Origin: Arcobacteraceae bacterium
Lineage (GTDB): Bacteria > Campylobacterota > Campylobacteria > Campylobacterales > Arcobacteraceae
Direction of reading: 5' to 3'
Length of the DNA: 64,000 bases
Assembly: GCA_965224485.1 (NCBI GenBank)
Contig: CBDCZH010000015.1
Coordinates: forward strand, 160,001-224,000
Shown one piece after another: positions 50,384 to 64,000 of the stretch. Position 1 is the stretch's first letter, and the number at the start of each line of letters is the position of its first letter. A program made the translations under genes and the position numbers. Under the pieces are notes generated by a model. That model was not told where the DNA came from. It searched no databases and saw nothing but the letters and a program-made list of their open reading frames with translations.

Positions 50384-51586
50384 TTATAGAAATACGCCAA
50401 AGGGAATGGCAACTAAATTATCACTATACTCAACTACCATATCACCATTGTAAAATACAATACCTAAGCATTTTTTATCATATTTATTTTGTAAGTCTAT
50501 AATATGTTTAAAATCATCTTTTTTTATACTAGAACTTTGTTTTACTTCAATAGCTAATATTTCATTTTCTATTTCTATTATAAAATCTATCTCTTTTTTA
50601 TCATTTGTTCTATAATGAAACATTTGATTACTCTTTTCTAAATATGAAAGGTGTTTTTGCAGTTCACAAAATATATATGTCTCAAAGATTTGTCCGCTAT
50701 ATGTTGAATTTAAAAGTTGTTCTTTTGAATTTATCTTCAGTAAACTACATAATACACCTGTATCATTGAAAAAAACTTTAGGTGACTTTATAAATTGTTT
50801 TCCAATATTTACAAAATATGGTTTTAAAACTGATGCTTGATAGATACGACTAATAATAGATATATAATTGTCTACTGTGATGTTTTTTATACCTATATCA
50901 TTACTCAGGCTTGATTTATTTAAAATTGTTCCACTTCTTGAAGCTAATATATTTACAAACTTAATAAAACTATCCATATCTCTTATATCTGCAAGATCTC
51001 TTGCATCTCTTTCTATATATGTGGCAATATATGATTTAAACCATAGGTCTTTTGATAAACCTTCTAACTCTAAGATTTCTGGATACCCTCCATCTATAAT
51101 ATGTTGATATACTTCTTCACTATAATCTTTCTTTTCTAATTTAAAATCTCTTTTTAAAAGCTTTTTTATAACATTTTCAAAAGGTTTATTATTTTTCTCT
51201 TTTGAGCTAAGTGGGTGAAGTCTAATTTCACAAAGTCTTCCAGCTAATGTATCTTTACTATCTTTATGATCCAACACATTACTGCTTCCTGTTAATAAAA
51301 AGTTTCCATTAACTCGGTTTGAGTCTACGTGGATTTTAATATACTCTAAAAGTGTAGGTGTTTTTTGAATTTCATCAAGACAAATAGGAAAATCAAGATT
51401 TTTTAAAAAACCTTTTGGGTTTTCTTTTGCATATAGTCTTAATTCTCCATCATCAAAAGTAATATAGTTTTGAAAGTTATCAAGAGCAAGAGTTGACTTT
51501 CCAACTTGCCTTGCCCCATTTAGTAATACTACTGGAAAAGTGTTTAATGCTATTTCTAATATAGATTCTACTGTTCTTTTTTTCAT
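50384..51586 (-). CDS. AAA_14 ATPase with DUF4143 domain
   Basis: GARQVGKST, LDEIQ, LLTGS, LAGR, GGYP, KSPK..F.DTG, YR...KEIDF, EVK. Confidence 0.92.
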   Translation of the reverse strand: MKKRTVESILEIALNTFPVVLLNGARQVGKSTLALDNFQNYITFDDGELRLYAKENPKGFLKNLDFPICLDEIQKTPTLLEYIKIHVDSNRVNGNFLLTGSSNVLDHKDSKDTLAGRLCEIRLHPLSSKEKNNKPFENVIKKLLKRDFKLEKKDYSEEVYQHIIDGGYPEILELEGLSKDLWFKSYIATYIERDARDLADIRDMDSFIKFVNILASRSGTILNKSSLSNDIGIKNITVDNYISIISRIYQASVLKPYFVNIGKQFIKSPKVFFNDTGVLCSLLKINSKEQLLNSTYSGQIFETYIFCELQKHLSYLEKSNQMFHYRTNDKKEIDFIIEIENEILAIEVKQSSSIKKDDFKHIIDLQNKYDKKCLGIVFYNGDMVVEYSDNLVAIPFGVFL

Positions 51587-51646
51587 TTTATCTCTTTAGT
51601 GTTATAATATTTACCATTATACTGTATAAATATATAATTATCTATA

Positions 51647-51745
51647 GTAAAAATTAAATATATTAAAATTCTAATTACAATTACAATTATAATTATAATT
51701 ATAATTATAATTATAATTAGAATTTTAATATATTTAATTTTTTAC
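51647..51745. repeat. About 99-bp near-perfect AT-rich palindrome with a central (AATTAY)n microsatellite
   Basis: Arms GTAAAAATTAAATATATTAAAATTCTAATTA / TAATTAGAATTTTAATATATTTAATTTTTTAC. Confidence 0.9.
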
Positions 51746-51960
51746 CATCTGATTTCTTATATTGTTTATCTTTAGATTTGAAGTTTTTTACCTAGACTGT
51801 TGTAAGTGGTTTTGATATTTTTCAGGTACTCACTTTTAGTTAATTGTATTTGTACATTAAAAAAACTTAATTTAATATGATTTTGTATGATTTAGTATAA
51901 TAAGCTATGAGAACATATAGGTATATAAACCCTATTAAAAGGGATTATATGAGTAGTTAA

Positions 51961-52248
51961 CTAGTCTTTTGCTAGAACTTTTACAGGAACTATTTGAAGC
52001 TGCTGCATGTCCCAAACACCAGCTTTTACATAAGGTTCATTTTCTAACCATGAGTCAAAATCATCTTCTGTAGGAAAATCTACAAACAAAGAAGAACCAA
52101 CCATAACATCATCTTCAATTAAAGCACCAGCTGTTATAATATTACCTTTTTTCATTAGCTCTCTTGCAGCTTTTATATGCTCATCTCTAACTTCTAGTCT
52201 TTTTTCAAGTGCATTATCATTATCATATGCTATTACTAAATATTGCAT
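51961..52248 (-). CDS. YciI family protein
   Basis: R..VRDEH, AGAL, GS, EPYVKAGVW. Confidence 0.9.
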   Translation of the reverse strand: MQYLVIAYDNDNALEKRLEVRDEHIKAARELMKKGNIITAGALIEDDVMVGSSLFVDFPTEDDFDSWLENEPYVKAGVWDMQQLQIVPVKVLAKD

Positions 52249-52286
52249 TTAAATCCTTTTATATTTAACAAAAGTATAACATAATA

Positions 52287-52994
52287 TTAACGTATAATTA
52301 AATGCTCATCAAAATAATATCCTTGCATAAAATCGCAATCTAGGCTTTTAACAAAATCAAAATCATCTTTAGTTTCAACACCTTCAATAATTGATTTTTG
52401 GCCATTTAAGGAGATTGTATGTAAGATTCCTTTTAAATAAGGAATGTAGTTTTTATTTTTTCTAATTTCTTGTAAAAATGATTTATCTATTTTTATATAA
52501 TTGCTATTACCCATAATATAAAAAGAGAACATTGAACCTTCTTGAGCAAAATCATCTAAGGCGATTTGAATTTTGTATTTTTTCAACCAATCACAAAAGT
52601 TTTTCATAACTTGAGCACTAGATTCATCATCACTTCCATTTTCAGTTATTTCAACAACAACATCTTTTTTACTTTTTATTAAAAAAGCAGCCCAATATCT
52701 TTGCTGCTCAGAACTGACAACAATATCTGGATCAAAATTTAAAAATAATTTTTTATTTATATCATAATTACTTATTTGTTTTTGTTTATTTATTTTTTCT
52801 AAATTAAAAAAGAGGTCATTGTAATGATGTAGTTTTCTAAAAATTTCTTCAGTTGAAATAAGTTTAACATCAATATCAAACTTACTTAAAGCTTCATAGC
52901 CAAAAATTTCTTGTGATTTCGTCTCTATAATTGCTTCGTATTTAGTATAATATTTTGCATTTTGTATTAAGTATTTAAATTCTTCTATATTCAT
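52287..52994 (-). CDS. Stand-alone EAL-domain protein
   Basis: GYEALS, LFLNF, VVEITE, IALDDF, IKID, EGVET, QGYYF. Confidence 0.92.
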   Translation of the reverse strand: MNIEEFKYLIQNAKYYTKYEAIIETKSQEIFGYEALSKFDIDVKLISTEEIFRKLHHYNDLFFNLEKINKQKQISNYDINKKLFLNFDPDIVVSSEQQRYWAAFLIKSKKDVVVEITENGSDDESSAQVMKNFCDWLKKYKIQIALDDFAQEGSMFSFYIMGNSNYIKIDKSFLQEIRKNKNYIPYLKGILHTISLNGQKSIIEGVETKDDFDFVKSLDCDFMQGYYFDEHLIIR

Positions 52995-53054
52995 AAAGGT
53001 ATAGTAGCAGAAGAAATCTTAATTAATATTGATAATTGGTATTATCTATAGTAT

Positions 53055-53440
53055 TTACAAGCCAATTAGTGCCATGTATAGAGAGAAAGGATAAATTAGT
53101 AAATTAAAATAAGAAAATAAAGGACTCATATTTATATTTATAGGCATAACTTCATTTATATTTAAACCTTGGGCTAATTTTTTCATCATAGATAGTTTAA
53201 GAATAATATCAAAAACTTCATAATAATAATACTACTCATCCAGAAACCAAAATTATGGAAGGCAAAAGATACAAAAAGAGTATAAAAAAAGCTTCCATGT
53301 AATAAAAAGTATAAAAAGATATTTTTTTGATATATTAAATAATTATTTTGTATTAAACCATGTAAGGTTTGATTTTTTTGCCAAGTGGCTTCAAAAAGTT
53401 CTAAGCAAATAAAAAGAGTTAAAGTTAGAATTAAACTCAT
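53055..53440 (-). CDS. Small membrane protein with frameshifts (probable errors)
   Basis: Hydrophobic ORF that continues in other frames as DIILKLSMMKK... and YFNLLIYPFSLYMALIGL*. Confidence 0.55.
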
Positions 53441-53448
53441 TGCTAAGT

Positions 53449-62185
<8,737 letters not shown>

Positions 62186-62291
62186 TTAAAATTTGATTTT
62201 TGGCTTTTTACTATAAAGCACAAAAGCATCCTTAAAGGATAGGATTAAAATTTGCTCAAATTCTAATCTTAGCCTTCAAAGATGCTAAATA

Positions 62292-62312
62292 TACAAGGCC
62301 TTATGCCTTGTA
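62292..62312 (-). terminator. Hairpin after rplL (terminator or attenuator)
   Basis: TACAAGGC-CTTAT-GCCTTGTA. Confidence 0.6.
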
Positions 62313-62336
62313 TAACTGTTAATTACTAATTTGTAA

Positions 62337-62708
62337 TTATTTAACTTCTACAGATGCTCCAGCTTCTTCTAAAGCAGTTTTTGCAGCTTCAGCGTCTTCT
62401 TTAGAGATACCTTCTTTAACCATTGCTCCAGCTTCTTCAGCCATAGCTTTTGCTTCTTTTAATCCTAAACCAGTTAATGCTCTTAATGCTTTAATAACAT
62501 TAATTTTCTTAGCACCACAATCTTTAATAATTACATTAAATTCAGTTTGCTCTTCTTCAGCTTCACCTGCAGTAGCAGCTCCACCAGCAACAACAGTAGG
62601 TTGTGCAGATACTCCAAATTTTTCTTCAAATTCTTTAACTAGTTCAGATAATTCTAATACTGAAAGGTTAGAGATAAATTCTAATACGTCTTCTTTAGAA
62701 ATTGCCAT
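62337..62708 (-). CDS. rplL: 50S ribosomal protein L7/L12
   Basis: [30 protein letters not shown]. Confidence 0.99.
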   Translation of the reverse strand: MAISKEDVLEFISNLSVLELSELVKEFEEKFGVSAQPTVVAGGAATAGEAEEEQTEFNVIIKDCGAKKINVIKALRALTGLGLKEAKAMAEEAGAMVKEGISKEDAEAAKTALEEAGASVEVK

Positions 62709-62755
62709 TTAAGGTCCTTTTATTAATTTTAATTTTATTGTTCCAGCTAATATAA

Positions 62756-63244
62756 TTATGCTGCTTCTTCTTCTTTTTTAGCTCTAAGATTATCAAGACC
62801 AGTTGCAAGGCATCTAGCAGGTGCAGTCCAAACTGATAATAACATACCAATAAGCTCATCTTTACTTGCAAGTTTAGCAAATTGATTAACTCTAGCAAGA
62901 TCAGCGATTTCGCCTTCAATAATACCAGATTTAATTTCAAACTTGTCTTTTTGTGAAGTTGCAAATTTATCAGCAGCTTTACAAGCAGATACTTGATCCT
63001 CAGACCATAAGAAAATATTTGTTCCACTTAATTCAATATCACCTAAATCAGCATTTTTTACAGCAACTGTAACTAATGAATTTTTAGCAACTTGAACAGA
63101 AACTCCATTTTCTTTAGCATCAACTCTTAAAACTTCAAGCTCTTTGTGTGTTAAACCTTTATAGTCACATACAACAATAGCTTGAGAACCTTTAAATTCA
63201 TTTGTTAATGAATCAATGATTTCAGATTTTTGTAATTTTGTCAT
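62756..63244 (-). CDS. rplJ: 50S ribosomal protein L10
   Basis: DYKGLT..EL..LR, VAKNSL, LASKDEL; position between rplA and rplL. Confidence 0.98.
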   Translation of the reverse strand: MTKLQKSEIIDSLTNEFKGSQAIVVCDYKGLTHKELEVLRVDAKENGVSVQVAKNSLVTVAVKNADLGDIELSGTNIFLWSEDQVSACKAADKFATSQKDKFEIKSGIIEGEIADLARVNQFAKLASKDELIGMLLSVWTAPARCLATGLDNLRAKKEEEAA

Positions 63245-63271
63245 TTTAATTTCCCCCTTTCAAAACAAAAA

Positions 63272-63318
63272 CATCGGCGGGTCTTACAAGATGTGGGGCA
63301 TCTTACCAGCTGTCTTAA
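63272..63318 (-). ncRNA. Ribosomal protein L10 leader (autogenous regulation)
   Basis: Minus strand TTAAGACAGCTGG-hairpin-CCCGCCGATG resembles the AAGAC.GYAGG...CCYRCCGAGG core; directly upstream of rplJ. Confidence 0.75.
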
Positions 63319-63393
63319 TTTTATATCAGTGCTTCGAATAACACTCAAACATAAAGACTACTGTCTTTACTATTGAATCTTAATTAGAAAATC

Positions 63394-63416
63394 AAATAAG
63401 GAGAAACTCCTTATTT
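63394..63416 (-). terminator. Hairpin after rplA
   Basis: AAATAAGGAG-AAA-CTCCTTATTT. Confidence 0.65.
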
Positions 63417-63420
63417 AAAA

Positions 63421-64000
63421 TTAAGCTTTAATATCCATTAATTCTGCAGTATCCATTTTAATAGCTGGACTCATAGTTAATGAGAAAGTAGCAGATGTAT
63501 AATATCTACCTTTTGCAGTTGAAGGTTTAGCTTTATTAATAGCACCTAAAAATGCTTCAATATTTTCTTTAATTGCTTCAGCAGAAAAAGAAATTTTTCC
63601 AACTGCTGCTTGCATATTACCTTTTTTATCAACTCTATATGTAACTTGACCACCTTTAGCATCAGAAACTGCTTTAGTTACGTCCATAGTTACAGTACCA
63701 ACTTTAGGGTTAGGCATTAAACCTTTTGGTCCTAAAATTCGTCCTACTTTTCCAACAATACCCATACAATCAGGAGTTGCAATAAGTACATCAAAGTTAA
63801 TATTACCAGCTTGAATATCAGCCGCTAATTCGTCGTTACCAACAATATCAGCACCAGCTGCTTTAGCTTCGTCCATTTTAGCACCCTTAGCAAAAACTGC
63901 AACTCTTACAGTTTTACCAGTACCATTTGGAAGTACAACAGCACCTCTAATCATTTGGTCTGCATGTCTTGGATCAACATTTAAGTTTAAAGAAACTTCA
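63421..64000 (-). CDS. rplA: 50S ribosomal protein L1 (5' end outside window)
   Basis: [44 protein letters not shown]. Confidence 0.99.
   Translation of the reverse strand, partial: EVSLNLNVDPRHADQMIRGAVVLPNGTGKTVRVAVFAKGAKMDEAKAAGADIVGNDELAADIQAGNINFDVLIATPDCMGIVGKVGRILGPKGLMPNPKVGTVTMDVTKAVSDAKGGQVTYRVDKKGNMQAAVGKISFSAEAIKENIEAFLGAINKAKPSTAKGRYYTSATFSLTMSPAIKMDTAELMDIKA

Overview
Very AT-rich chromosomal window from a Campylobacterota genome, most consistent with Arcobacteraceae (RpoB N-terminus [31 protein letters not shown], separate rpoB and rpoC). The minus strand carries the core rplA-rplJ-rplL-rpoB-rpoC and rpsL-rpsG-fusA clusters, separated by about 39 kb of accessory and metabolic genes. 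Downstream of fusA lie a type I secretion operon (TolC-SPOR, ABC, HlyD), nadK, recN, an ankyrin protein and a multi-Cache chemoreceptor. The most notable region is 14.9-23.2 kb. It looks like an integrase-less integron locus with two copies of a non-coding module (REP-like palindromes plus conserved blocks) that each end exactly at an attI-like GTT. It also has one textbook 58-bp attC, two decayed attC sites and defence-type cargo: a nucleotidyltransferase plus DUF262 pair, YefM-YoeB, a PtuAB/Septu-like ATPase plus HNH, and RhuM. Other notable items are a tandem pair of 149-bp structured RNA-like units behind fusA, an atypical three-CXXCH peroxidase next to a cytochrome b-pentaheme fusion, and an SQR module. 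Essential genes (fusA, rpoB, rpoC) carry frameshifts, so many broken ORFs are probably sequencing or assembly indels. All calls come from reading motifs by eye; no database searches were run.
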